From a virus (taxonomy: Duplodnaviria > Caudoviricetes), in IMG/VR virus record IMGVR_UViG_3300005323_000061, positions 1-46,059 of that record: a stretch of DNA of 46,059 nt, one strand, 5' to 3'. This document shows, in pieces, positions 17,000 to 26,278 of the stretch. The translations under genes were made by a program, and so were the position numbers. How positions within the stretch are numbered: position 1 is the stretch's first letter; each line of letters begins with the position of its first letter. The notes below the pieces were generated by a model that saw nothing but the letters and a program-made list of their open reading frames with translations, ran no database searches and was not told the origin of the DNA.

Positions 17000-17305
17000 A
17001 TGATCAAATCACGAGAGGAACTCTTAATTGAGTCGAAAGTAAAGGAAGAAATCGACCGCCGAGAAGCCTGCAAAGCGGAAGCCAAAAGGAAAGCAACTGA
17101 GTACCGCAAAAATGTGATGAAAGGGCGCGCGCAGTTCTTGTGCTTCTACTACTCGATATGTGCAACAATCGTTGTCATAGTCATTGCGGCTGCACTTGCT
17201 CTCGGATGGGCTCGGTTCACATCGTTTGGCGATATGGTTTCGTCAACATTGTTGATGATTGGTGTGCTTGCCCCGTGGGTATGGGCGTACCCATACTTTG
17301 ATTGA
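17000..17305 (+). CDS. Membrane protein (two C-terminal TM helices)
   Basis: Charged N-terminus followed by two hydrophobic segments. Confidence 0.7.
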   Translation: MIKSREELLIESKVKEEIDRREACKAEAKRKATEYRKNVMKGRAQFLCFYYSICATIVVIVIAAALALGWARFTSFGDMVSSTLLMIGVLAPWVWAYPYFD

Positions 17306-17314
17306 AGGAGATTC

Positions 17315-18661
17315 ATGCCAATCAAAAACGGGCGGGTTTACGTTTCCGTTAATTGTGGTTGCGGAAAAGAAGTGGTTGTTTCTTCCGGTGATTTCGGTAC
17401 GTACTGTACTAACTGCGGGAGACCGATCTTCGCTGCAAGTTACAATGAACAGTTAAACGTTGAAATCCGCAATGTAGTAAAAGCAGAAAGACTTAAAATG
17501 CGGAAAGAACGTAAGGGTCATCCTCCGGTAGAGGATTACTCGGTGGGTTCTTCCGCACTAATAAAAACCTGCGCTAACTGTGGGGGAAATCTTTCTGCCG
17601 GGGGATTATACATTGTCGATGGTGAACCTATCTGTAAGGTTTGCTATGAGACTAAAATTCCCCGATGTAAGGGTTGTAACGAACGCCACTTCCCGCAGTA
17701 CTTAAAGAAAGGGCTATGTGAAGGGTGCATTGTCTCGTTTGCAACCTGCAAGAACTGTGGTACAGTGTATGACAAGCGAAAAACTCACGAGTTTGAACTT
17801 GAAGGAAAGTCTTTCTGTGAGAACTGTGTTCCGCGCTATCTGGAAGCAAAAGGCGTGAGGTTCAACGGATACTCCCACAAACCAAAACCCGTATTCCTCG
17901 GTGAAAAGGAGGATTTGGTATTCTATGGTGTCGAACTCGAAACCGATAACTCACAAAGACGTTCAGAGTTGATGGCGAGAGCGCACTGTGACGAGATTTA
18001 TTTCAAATCTGATGGGAGTCTTGGGCCCGGCGGTGTTGAAATCGTATCCCATCCCGCAACGCTTAAGTACCACATGAACGAGTTTCCGTGGAAAAACATT
18101 CTCTCATCCGCTAAAATATGCGGGTATAAGAGCCACACCGGAGTAAGTGGAGACCGGCACTCAAACCATCCTACTTGTGGGTTACACATCCACGTTAACA
18201 AGGAAGCATTCGGAAGAACTACAAGTGAACGCGACACCAGAGAAGCGAAACTACTCGTACTCGTAGACAAGTTCTGGAACAAACTCGTCATATTCTCAAG
18301 GAGAGATAAACGCTCTTTAGAGAACTGGGCGAGACGGTATGCTGACTTTGACGTAACCAACGACCAACTATCTGATATTATCAGTAAAGCCAAGTCTGAG
18401 AACTCAAGAGACCGTCGTCTTGCTGTAAATTTCGGTGCAAATAACTCTGCAACAGTAGAGTTCCGCATGTTCCGGGGAACGCTGAACTACGAAACGTTGA
18501 TTGCAACTATCCAGTTGATTGACCTCCTTGTGGAAATGTCGAAGTTACCTACCAAGAAGGTTCAGGCAATGACTTGGGACGAGTTCTGTGAAGAAGGGTC
18601 CAAGTACGAGGAATTCACAGGATACTTAACAAGACTCCGTGGAATGAAGCGGGATATCTGA
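17315..18661 (+). CDS. Amidoligase (COOH-NH2 ligase, glutamine synthetase-like fold) with N-terminal CxxC repeats
   Basis: YGVELE, KSDGSL...EIVSHP, CGLHIHV and TVEFRMFRGTLN motifs; many CxxC pairs N-terminally. Confidence 0.88.
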   Translation: MPIKNGRVYVSVNCGCGKEVVVSSGDFGTYCTNCGRPIFAASYNEQLNVEIRNVVKAERLKMRKERKGHPPVEDYSVGSSALIKTCANCGGNLSAGGLYIVDGEPICKVCYETKIPRCKGCNERHFPQYLKKGLCEGCIVSFATCKNCGTVYDKRKTHEFELEGKSFCENCVPRYLEAKGVRFNGYSHKPKPVFLGEKEDLVFYGVELETDNSQRRSELMARAHCDEIYFKSDGSLGPGGVEIVSHPATLKYHMNEFPWKNILSSAKICGYKSHTGVSGDRHSNHPTCGLHIHVNKEAFGRTTSERDTREAKLLVLVDKFWNKLVIFSRRDKRSLENWARRYADFDVTNDQLSDIISKAKSENSRDRRLAVNFGANNSATVEFRMFRGTLNYETLIATIQLIDLLVEMSKLPTKKVQAMTWDEFCEEGSKYEEFTGYLTRLRGMKRDI

Positions 18662-18720
18662 GGTGTACTTTGTGCATCGTTTACACACAGTTTATATGAT
18701 ATTGTAACCCACATATTCAC

Positions 18721-19176
18721 ATGAAAGAAATTCCACTCACTCGCGGAAAAGTGGCGATTGTTGACGATGAGGATTATGAGAAATTGCGCACTATTAAATG
18801 GCATTCCCAAACAACAAAGGTAAAGGGAAGAATCTTACTATATGCCGCTCACTCGGTTTATAGGAGAGAGGGTTCGCACAAAGTTTTGATAATGCACAGG
18901 CTCATAACAAACTGCCCAAAAGGGTTAGAGGTTGATCATATCGATGGAGACGGACTTAACAATCAAAAGTCAAATCTCCGTGTCGTAACTAGATTCCTCA
19001 ACCAACAAAACAGACATGGGAACAAAACAAGCAAGTACACCGGAGTATATTATGACAAACAGATCAACAAATGGAGGGCACAAGTACAGATCAATGGAAA
19101 AAGATATGATTTTGGTCTTTTTGACACAGAAGAAGAGGCACACACAAAACGGGAGGGATTTGTATCTGTATTATAG
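18721..19176 (+). CDS. HNH endonuclease with C-terminal AP2 domain
   Basis: AIVDDEDYE, MHRLI...VDHIDGDGLNNQKSNLR, SKYTGV...KWRAQ...G.F.TEEEA; its own TATA box (TTTATATG) at 18691. Confidence 0.93.
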   Translation: MKEIPLTRGKVAIVDDEDYEKLRTIKWHSQTTKVKGRILLYAAHSVYRREGSHKVLIMHRLITNCPKGLEVDHIDGDGLNNQKSNLRVVTRFLNQQNRHGNKTSKYTGVYYDKQINKWRAQVQINGKRYDFGLFDTEEEAHTKREGFVSVL

Positions 19177-20027
19177 TGCATAAGGAACCGGATGTAAAAC
19201 CCCCAACCGAAGCCATATTGACCCAATGCCTAAAAACTCATAAAGATGGGTTTGGTGCGATGTGGCGTGAGGGTAAATACATCTGTATCGTAAAAGGACT
19301 CTTTGACATCAAAGGGATAATGAAAATTATCCAGAATGTACCAAAAGAGTCAGAAGCGGCGTTTCACTTCCGAATGGCAACACACGGGACGGTAAGTGCG
19401 GGCAACTGCCACCCCTTCCCACTTTCTATTAGGAACGACGCATTACAGAAAACTGCGGGAGTGTTTGATACAGGATTAATGCACAACGGCATTATATCGG
19501 GTTTCGGGTATAGGGATTCATCCACACACTCAGACACGATGAATTTTATTAAGTACCTTTGTAGGTCAACCGGTGGGATATACACAATGGATAAACTGAC
19601 CAAAAACATCAAAGATCATTACGGAAAGTTTATCATATTCACACCAAACTGGACCTACACATGGGGTACTTTTGTAGATGACGGGGGGCTTAAGTATTCA
19701 AACACAACATACAAAGTTTACCCTAAATGGAATGGAAATTTCCTAGGTGACGGTAACGACGACTACGATTACAACAAGAGATTCAAGAAAAATAAACGCA
19801 AACACTACCTACCGCTTGTAAAAGAAGTCAACCCGGAAGCATTGCAATGGAGATCAGACTCAAGAACTGCGGTATATCTCGGAGTTGTGGGAGATGTGTT
19901 CTACTACAGAGGGGTAACAATCTTCTGTGAAAGCGGCTATGATAAAGCAGAACTTGACTTCATAAAGGAAGAAATTGACTTATCTATCCTTGAGGGGGAG
20001 TTTGAGGGAAATTATAACCCTATATAA
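19164..20027 (+). CDS. Class II (Ntn) glutamine amidotransferase; start uncertain
   Basis: CIIVHK at 19167; DGFG, HFRMATHG....NCHPF, LMHNGII and SDT motifs. The catalytic Cys is preceded by ATC rather than ATG. Confidence 0.85.
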   Translation: MCIIVHKEPDVKPPTEAILTQCLKTHKDGFGAMWREGKYICIVKGLFDIKGIMKIIQNVPKESEAAFHFRMATHGTVSAGNCHPFPLSIRNDALQKTAGVFDTGLMHNGIISGFGYRDSSTHSDTMNFIKYLCRSTGGIYTMDKLTKNIKDHYGKFIIFTPNWTYTWGTFVDDGGLKYSNTTYKVYPKWNGNFLGDGNDDYDYNKRFKKNKRKHYLPLVKEVNPEALQWRSDSRTAVYLGVVGDVFYYRGVTIFCESGYDKAELDFIKEEIDLSILEGEFEGNYNPI

Positions 20028-20209
20028 ATTTCTACGAGTCGTAAACCGTATTTGTCGGTGACAGGTACGGGCGAACTCCTACGAGATTGGAGGGAGTGGC
20101 AAGAATCCAACGAAATTGTGGACTGCAAGCCACGTTAAAACGTTGAAACCCGTGTTGGAGATAACTACCACTCTTAAAACACAAACGAAAGAAATGGAGT
20201 GAAGAAAAA

Positions 20210-20473
20210 ATGGGAATCGCAAGCAACTGCCGACCTGTTAAGGTCAACGGAACTGTAAAGACAAAAGACACCGGAAAGGGCTGCACGCTCATCTACCTTG
20301 TGGATGCAAACGGCATCGCAACCCCCGGCGGACAACTCATGCGCATCGGAAACAAATCCGGTCATGTCCACTTCGAGAGCAAAATCTCCCCGAAGTTCGG
20401 CTTCGACCTGACCTGTGACGGGAAACTCCGCACTGTTGCAAAGCCCGGAAAAGCCGTTCGCTGCCGGTATTGA
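20210..20473 (+). CDS. Hypothetical beta-rich protein
   Basis: GGAGTGA RBS; followed by a T-tract. Confidence 0.75.
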   Translation: MGIASNCRPVKVNGTVKTKDTGKGCTLIYLVDANGIATPGGQLMRIGNKSGHVHFESKISPKFGFDLTCDGKLRTVAKPGKAVRCRY

Positions 20474-20513
20474 ATACCCCTTTTTACCTGTTTTTGGAGT
20501 CGGGTAAAAGGAG

Positions 20514-20873
20514 GTGTGTATGGACTACTCTAATATTAAGAGCATAGTTAATCTCACACCACATAATGTGAGAGTTCTTGTTGGGAAAGATTTGAAAACA
20601 ATACCGCCATCTGGAAAGGTAGCGCGGTTAAAAGTTACTTCAAAACCACACGGAGCTGTTCACGGCATGCCTGTCTCTCTATCAGGAGATGATGGGGTTC
20701 TTAATAACCCGGAAGCAGTTGAAGGAGTTGTGTACATCGCATCAAGCGTAGTCGCCAAGTTCCTTAAAAGGGAAGATGTACTCTCTCCTGATACTACGGA
20801 TGAAGGAGTATTAAGGGATGGTGATGGGAATGTATTCGCTGTAAAACGCCTCCAGTGTTTTTCAGTCGAATAA
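20514..20873 (+). CDS. Conserved hypothetical protein (NLTPH...PPSG..AR family)
   Basis: Recognisable widespread motif set NLTPH / PPSG.VAR / YIVS / R.D...P / RD..G; function unknown. Confidence 0.75.
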   Translation: MCMDYSNIKSIVNLTPHNVRVLVGKDLKTIPPSGKVARLKVTSKPHGAVHGMPVSLSGDDGVLNNPEAVEGVVYIASSVVAKFLKREDVLSPDTTDEGVLRDGDGNVFAVKRLQCFSVE

Positions 20874-20891
20874 TATTTTTTTCGGAGGAGT

Positions 20892-21413
20892 ATGAACGCT
20901 ACAGAACTCTCAGGAACGGTTACCTCAATAAAAGGGGATATTCTTGGAGTGGGTATAACACAGGTTTCACTGAGAGATGTGAAAAACAAACCCCCAGTAA
21001 AAATCGGGGATACCGTTGAAGTACATTTCACGCTTGGAAGGTACTATGCAGCGTGGTACAGAGTAATAAAACCAAAGGAGAAAAAGATGAAATCCGCGAA
21101 AACCGTTGAAGAATACATAACTTCTATCGCAGAGATGCAGCCGTTCTTAGGTCAGGAGTTCACAGACCGGCTGAGTGATGATGACAAGATTGTATTGCAA
21201 AACGTCATGAGAGAGTCAGTAGGGAACTCAATAAGACTGTATAACATTACAGCAACGTATGACGACACCCGCAAGGATCTTGTCGAAATCGCAGAGAAAG
21301 TGCTGGAACTCGCATTCACACTGACAGTTGTCATTGACACGAACACAACCCAAATCCTGAAAAAGAACTTGCCGCCGGAAGAGACGGAAAAAGAGAAAGA
21401 AGCAAAGAAATAA
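20892..21413 (+). CDS. Hypothetical protein (OB-like N-terminus, helical C-terminus)
   Basis: GGAGG RBS; long open frame. Confidence 0.65.
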   Translation: MNATELSGTVTSIKGDILGVGITQVSLRDVKNKPPVKIGDTVEVHFTLGRYYAAWYRVIKPKEKKMKSAKTVEEYITSIAEMQPFLGQEFTDRLSDDDKIVLQNVMRESVGNSIRLYNITATYDDTRKDLVEIAEKVLELAFTLTVVIDTNTTQILKKNLPPEETEKEKEAKK

Positions 21414-21471
21414 CCAACATCGGGGTTCAATCCCCCTGTTGGTATACTAAATAATTTTAAATAGGTGTAAT

Positions 21472-21639
21472 ATGAAATTCAGGGTTGACAGTGAATATTC
21501 TGACCGTTTTGAGGGTGTACTATGGGTTATGCCAAGTGATATTTGTGTTGTTTACTTCAATAAAAGATTTGAACTATGCGAAAATGATCGTACTTGTATA
21601 TACCCCATCGGAGGCGACTATGTACTTCATAATAAATAG
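21472..21639 (+). CDS. GxDY micro-protein
   Basis: MKFRV...YPIGGDYVLHNK (hand-translated, 55 aa); AGGTG RBS. Confidence 0.68.
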   Translation: MKFRVDSEYSDRFEGVLWVMPSDICVVYFNKRFELCENDRTCIYPIGGDYVLHNK

Positions 21640-21817
21640 TGAGAGGAATTACACATTTATATTGTGGTTTGTTGATTGCACTACGAACAAAACACCTCGC
21701 GCTCATAATTGCCGCCCGTGGTCCCACATCATTTTCCAATATGGTTCTCATATACCCTCGATAACCCACTTGGATAGGCCCCCAATGGCGGTTGGGAGAG
21801 ATTATGCACGTATATGA
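21620..21817 (+). CDS. GxDY micro-protein
   Basis: MYFII...MAVGRDYARI. Confidence 0.68.
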   Translation: MYFIINSERNYTFILWFVDCTTNKTPRAHNCRPWSHIIFQYGSHIPSITHLDRPPMAVGRDYARI

Positions 21818-21983
21818 ACATATAATAGATGTGCGTGGGAGGAGTTGCGCGCTTATTGTAAAATACTCACAGAAAGATTACTCTTACGTGCCCATTGAAA
21901 TAATTACGTGTCTTTTATATAGGAACTACTCTATGTTTGAACTGTGCGTACCTCGTATTGAAATTGGAGCGGATTATGTATAA
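21804..21983 (+). CDS. GxDY micro-protein
   Basis: MHVYEHII...IEIGADYV. Confidence 0.65.
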   Translation: MHVYEHIIDVRGRSCALIVKYSQKDYSYVPIEIITCLLYRNYSMFELCVPRIEIGADYV

Positions 21984-22167
21984 CCACAGTTGGGAGATAT
22001 CTCTATATACTAGTGATAACTGGTGGGACCTCCGCCTGTATGATGAAGTTACTAACACCCTTTTTGTGTGGATAGACAAAGGGTTACTTAAAACACGATA
22101 CTCGCTCGGTGCAACAAATCCCGAACCATATCCTAAAAAGAGAGGCTCAGACTATGTTCGTAATTAA
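21976..22167 (+). CDS. W...GxDY micro-protein
   Basis: MYNHSWEI...KKRGSDYVRN. Confidence 0.7.
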   Translation: MYNHSWEISLYTSDNWWDLRLYDEVTNTLFVWIDKGLLKTRYSLGATNPEPYPKKRGSDYVRN

Positions 22168-22378
22168 GTGGGGTATTGTGAGTGATGAGTACGAATATTG
22201 GTTACAAACAGATTATGTAAATAGTGATTATGGCGAACATAGGTATAATGCAATAATTTTCAACAAACAACGTAAATGTATGGTATACTGTTATAATTTA
22301 CAAGGTTGCGGGATATTATGCACCAGTGGCACCCACAGAACAATATTTGGCAGTGATTATATATTGACGAACAACTAA
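22154..22378 (+). CDS. W...GxDY micro-protein
   Basis: MFVIKWGI...TIFGSDYILTNN. Confidence 0.72.
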   Translation: MFVIKWGIVSDEYEYWLQTDYVNSDYGEHRYNAIIFNKQRKCMVYCYNLQGCGILCTSGTHRTIFGSDYILTNN

Positions 22379-22395
22379 CCGCACTCGGAGAGATT

Positions 22396-22605
22396 ATGAA
22401 GATATACGCTTGGTACGTAGTTAATGAACCCCCTGGGTGGGGGTTGCGCGCTATGTGTGCCAAAGATTATGGCGATCAAATAATGCTTAAAATACAAAAA
22501 TCAAATAACAAATTGGTTTTAATCCCTCAATATCATGACCCAAAATCTTTCCTAGCAACGCCAACATGTAAACTTATGAGGGGGGTTAATTATGAGAGAA
22601 TTTGA
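22396..22605 (+). CDS. W...GxNY micro-protein
   Basis: MKIYAWYV...LMRGVNYERI. Confidence 0.7.
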   Translation: MKIYAWYVVNEPPGWGLRAMCAKDYGDQIMLKIQKSNNKLVLIPQYHDPKSFLATPTCKLMRGVNYERI

Positions 22606-22861
22606 TTTTAGAATAGCAGTACCTTACGATGTGGAATACCCTATGGTGCTTTGGGAACGAGAGAAAACCGATGGGGGAAGATACCTGGAGTACTCGGTGT
22701 GTTACATCATTATTAAGTGGAATGAGGAATTCAGACTCTCTCGTAACGAAAACTTTGAAAAGGGTGATGATTACGGAGAGAAGGAAGTTACTATAGTCGC
22801 ACCCAATAGATTCTTTGAGGAACACTTCCAAGTGTATCCAACATGGACGGGGATTAAATGA
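22592..22861 (+). CDS. GxDY micro-protein with C-terminal extension
   Basis: MREFDFRI...FEKGDDYGEK... Confidence 0.65.
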   Translation: MREFDFRIAVPYDVEYPMVLWEREKTDGGRYLEYSVCYIIIKWNEEFRLSRNENFEKGDDYGEKEVTIVAPNRFFEEHFQVYPTWTGIK

Positions 22862-23106
22862 CAGATAAAACAGAACAAACTGAAATTGGAATGTATGACC
22901 GGTCAAAAGTACAGAGCGTTACGATTGGAGTAACTATCCCGTTAGCAACGCCATACTCTAACATCAAGACTGAAATAACCTGTGATGACGCGGAAACATG
23001 CCGCCGAGCACTTATTGAAATGCTTGCTGTTGTACTGCCTATACAGAGCGCAGTAGACCGTGATTTAGTGCAACGCTATATGAAAAATATACTGGTGAGG
23101 TCATGA
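22858..23106 (+). CDS. Hypothetical protein
   Basis: ATGA-coupled ORF. Confidence 0.65.
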   Translation: MTDKTEQTEIGMYDRSKVQSVTIGVTIPLATPYSNIKTEITCDDAETCRRALIEMLAVVLPIQSAVDRDLVQRYMKNILVRS

Positions 23107-23224
23107 CAGAACAACTCATAAAAGATGTTGCCCGGTTGTGGGTTGACCGCGGCGGCGATTCCGACGGGATTCTATGGAGCCACCAACAATTGTATAAGGA
23201 AGTAAAACGGTTGGAGAAAGAAAA

Positions 23225-23401
23225 ATGAGAGCCCCGAAACGTATTCCGCGCATATGTACTAAACTAAAACAAGCGTGGATGAAATCTCCCGACCAACGGT
23301 TAGGACAATTCATATCCAATCTGTTAGGTCCCGGAGTACATGACGTTTTCCACCCGGAAGATACTGACTGGGAAGAACTGCTTGATGAGATGATAAAATG
23401 A
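23225..23401 (+). CDS. Small YihD/DUF1040-like protein (58 aa)
   Basis: MRAPKRI...W.KSPDQRLGQ..SN...D.F..ED motif (hand-translated). Confidence 0.6.
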   Translation: MRAPKRIPRICTKLKQAWMKSPDQRLGQFISNLLGPGVHDVFHPEDTDWEELLDEMIK

Positions 23402-23589
23402 GTCAAACTGGTTTTGTTAGGTATTGGTTTGTAGCAAACTCAACTGGTATAAAAGACTCAAAATGTTGTATGAATTGTATAAAAAGAACCACGCGCGTTG
23501 ATGGATTGGATATTGGTATGTTTTATTGCAGTCAACACGACGTCCAAGTCAATCCAGACCACGTATGTCCAAAACACAAACCAGAATAA
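23398..23589 (+). CDS. Small Cys-rich protein
   Basis: CCMNC...C..H...VC..H. Confidence 0.55.
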   Translation: MSQTGFVRYWFVANSTGIKDSKCCMNCIKRTTRVDGLDIGMFYCSQHDVQVNPDHVCPKHKPE

Positions 23590-23638
23590 CTCAAATTAAC
23601 AACTTACCAAAACCCCAAATCATAATATTGGGGTTATT

Positions 23639-25588
23639 ATGGAAGACGAGTTAACTAAAAGCGCAATAAGTACGTTACGCACAAAGTATCGAAAGGAGAT
23701 TGCACAAATACGCGGGGGTATCCTATCGAGTTTGACTATAGACTACACTACTATCCTTAATAACCGACTAGCAGAATTAATCATCCGCAAGAAACACTTA
23801 GCAGACATCTGTTTTGTAGATGCGTTTAAAGAGTTGGGGGTTGAACCACTTACGGTTAGGTATATAAACCTGCCGACCACCCCAATAAGAAATCTTAAAT
23901 CCGAGTTTGTAGGACAGACTCGCTCTTTTGAAGGTATCGTTCGTAGAGTATCTGAGGTTAAGTCAAAAGCCACTTTAGCCGTATTTGAGTGTTCGTATTG
24001 CTCAACCAGAGTGTCTAAACCTCAGGGGAATGATACTACTTATCCAGAAAGTAAATGCGATAATTGCGGTAAGATTGCTAAGTGGAGGGTGCTTGCAGAT
24101 CAAGGTGAATATATAGATTACCAACAAATAACTGTACAAGAATTCCCTGAAAGTATAAGAGGAAGTGACCAACCAAAGAGTATAACTATAACTATTACTG
24201 GTGACTTATGTGGAGTCGTTACCCCGGGAAACAGAGCCACAATCTGCGGGACACTTAAACTGAAAAAGATAAAAGGAGACAATGGATTAATATTTGAGCC
24301 GTATATTGATGGAAACTCTATAGTTATTAAAGATGAAACATATGATAATATAACTATAAGTGACGAGGACCTATCAGAAATAACCGCCCTATCTAAAACA
24401 CCCAACCTTATAGATTTATTTGCATCCTCTATTGCTCCAACCGTTTATGGGAACGATGATGTAAAACGCGGCATAACATTACAATTATTCGGAGGCGTTC
24501 CTAAAACAATTGCTGGTACTCGAATAAGGGGGGATATACATGTACTGCTAATAGGAGATCCTAGTACCGCCAAATCCGTACTCTGTAAATCCGCAGTTGC
24601 GTTAGTTCCAAGAGGTATATTCACACACGCTTATTCCACATCTAAAGCAGGATTAACAGCAACCGCAGTCAAAGAGGACGAACATTGGGTATTGGAGGCG
24701 GGAGCGTTAGTACTAGCAAACGGCGGGGGATTAGGAGTTGATGAATTAGATAAGATGACTACAGAGGATAGGGAAGCACTCCACGGCGCAATGGAACAGC
24801 AGGAGATTAACATTGCTAAGGCCGGGATAGTTGCTAAACTCTATACAAGATGCTTCTTATTAGGTGCAGCAAATCCAAAGTTAGGAAGATTTGATTTATG
24901 TCAGGGATTGGCTCAGCAGTTCGATTTAGCACCTACCCTTCTCAGTAGGTTCGATTTAATATACCCAATGACAGATACACCAGAACCCAAACGAGACTCA
25001 GATATTGCGGATTACATATTAAACACTCATACAACTCAGAAAGTGAAAGAAACCGTTCCCTCTGAGATGTTTAGAAAGTATGTATCTCATGCAAGAAGCA
25101 TCAACCCGCAGTTAACTAAAGAAGCCGCAGCCGTTATAAAAGATTACTACATAAAGGTTCGTGGATTAGCAAACAACATGGCTACCATTCCTATTACTGC
25201 AAGAAGCCTTGAAGCGTTAATCCGTATGAGTGAGGCTGCTGCTAGAATGAGACTCTCAGAAACAATAACGGTGGATGATGCCACACTTGTTGTAAGTGTA
25301 GTTGACACCTGCTTAAGACAGATAGCCTACGACTCAAAGACTGGAAGTTGGGATGTCGATAAAGTAATTAACCGCTACCCAAAAAGGACAGCGAATATTA
25401 TTGGTCGATTGACTGATACGATAATTTCTTTAGGAGATACTCATGGTGCAGAAGTGTCTAACGTCGTGAAACACATGAAAGAAATGTATGGGGTTGCGGA
25501 GGAAGATACGCTTAGTCATATTGAATTAATGAAGAATGAAACCCGAGTATTCAGTCCTAAAACAGGCTATCTAAAAGTTCTTAAGTAA
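23639..25588 (+). CDS. mcm: MCM replicative helicase
   Basis: C4 zinc finger, YIDYQ.I.VQE.PE, IAPTVYG..DVK, RGDIHVLLIGDPSTAKS (Walker A), VDELDKM (Walker B), LLSRFDL (Arg finger) and ITARSLE. Confidence 0.97.
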   Translation: MEDELTKSAISTLRTKYRKEIAQIRGGILSSLTIDYTTILNNRLAELIIRKKHLADICFVDAFKELGVEPLTVRYINLPTTPIRNLKSEFVGQTRSFEGIVRRVSEVKSKATLAVFECSYCSTRVSKPQGNDTTYPESKCDNCGKIAKWRVLADQGEYIDYQQITVQEFPESIRGSDQPKSITITITGDLCGVVTPGNRATICGTLKLKKIKGDNGLIFEPYIDGNSIVIKDETYDNITISDEDLSEITALSKTPNLIDLFASSIAPTVYGNDDVKRGITLQLFGGVPKTIAGTRIRGDIHVLLIGDPSTAKSVLCKSAVALVPRGIFTHAYSTSKAGLTATAVKEDEHWVLEAGALVLANGGGLGVDELDKMTTEDREALHGAMEQQEINIAKAGIVAKLYTRCFLLGAANPKLGRFDLCQGLAQQFDLAPTLLSRFDLIYPMTDTPEPKRDSDIADYILNTHTTQKVKETVPSEMFRKYVSHARSINPQLTKEAAAVIKDYYIKVRGLANNMATIPITARSLEALIRMSEAAARMRLSETITVDDATLVVSVVDTCLRQIAYDSKTGSWDVDKVINRYPKRTANIIGRLTDTIISLGDTHGAEVSNVVKHMKEMYGVAEEDTLSHIELMKNETRVFSPKTGYLKVLK

Positions 25589-25731
25589 TGTTCTTAAGTG
25601 ATGGGGTATAATATTAGGTGGGAGAGGAATTCCGGGTACGCCCGGTCAATCCCAAACCTTTATATCCCTCTTTTTAATTTTCATAGAATTTATGTGCGTG
25701 TATGACCTACATAGGTTATACAGGAGGAAAA

Positions 25732-25956
25732 ATGGCAGATTTCTATCAGAAACAGAAAAGGATTATCTCCCAACCAGAAGTTGGGGATTTCAAGGGATCG
25801 AAAACGTTGAGCATCCCGTTCGGGAAAGAGAACGAAGCGTTCAGTTTTGGTGTGGTAAAGGCTAAGGCAATTATTAAGTACTACGCAGAAATTGTTCAGT
25901 TCGTAGCGGAAAGCGACAAGGAGTATGCGGCGAGGCAGGCGAGTAAACATGACTGA
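25732..25956 (+). CDS. Small PC4-like nucleic-acid-binding protein (tentative)
   Basis: FKG..TLSI....FSFG..KAK.I.....I..F pattern; GGAGG RBS and TATA box upstream. Confidence 0.5.
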   Translation: MADFYQKQKRIISQPEVGDFKGSKTLSIPFGKENEAFSFGVVKAKAIIKYYAEIVQFVAESDKEYAARQASKHD

Positions 25957-26119
25957 GAAAAATAGTAAACGCGGAAGGAAACCTAATATTAATGAAACTA
26001 AGTTAGTGTATCTTCATACATCTAAGAAGGTTACAGTTATCATTAACGGTACAGATGAAGTGAACATTCCTAAGAACAGTAACTTAATGGTTATTCGTTC
26101 TTAATATTTTTGGTGCTTA

Positions 26120-26278
26120 ATGGCACGAAAGACTGTATCATATCAACCACGCACTCATCAACGACTTGCGGCATTGACTGACGGTTTCGACGATTCTATG
26201 GATAAAATCGCCAACCGCCTTTTAGATTTTTGGCACAAGTACAAAGATAGGGTTGATGAACTTGAGAACCAATCCTAA
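26120..26278 (+). CDS. Small RHH-like DNA-binding protein (52 aa)
   Basis: KTVS....THQRLAAL....DSMDKIANRLLD (hand-translated). Confidence 0.55.
   Translation: MARKTVSYQPRTHQRLAALTDGFDDSMDKIANRLLDFWHKYKDRVDELENQS

Noticed and set aside
20070-20135. c-di-GMP-I (GEMM) riboswitch
   Set aside because: The GGGCGAA...GAGA resemblance is superficial; the conserved second stem and receptor could not be fitted.
25577-25602. GTTCTTAAGT duplication at the MCM stop codon
   Set aside because: A single 10-bp tandem duplication with no associated element; not enough to interpret.
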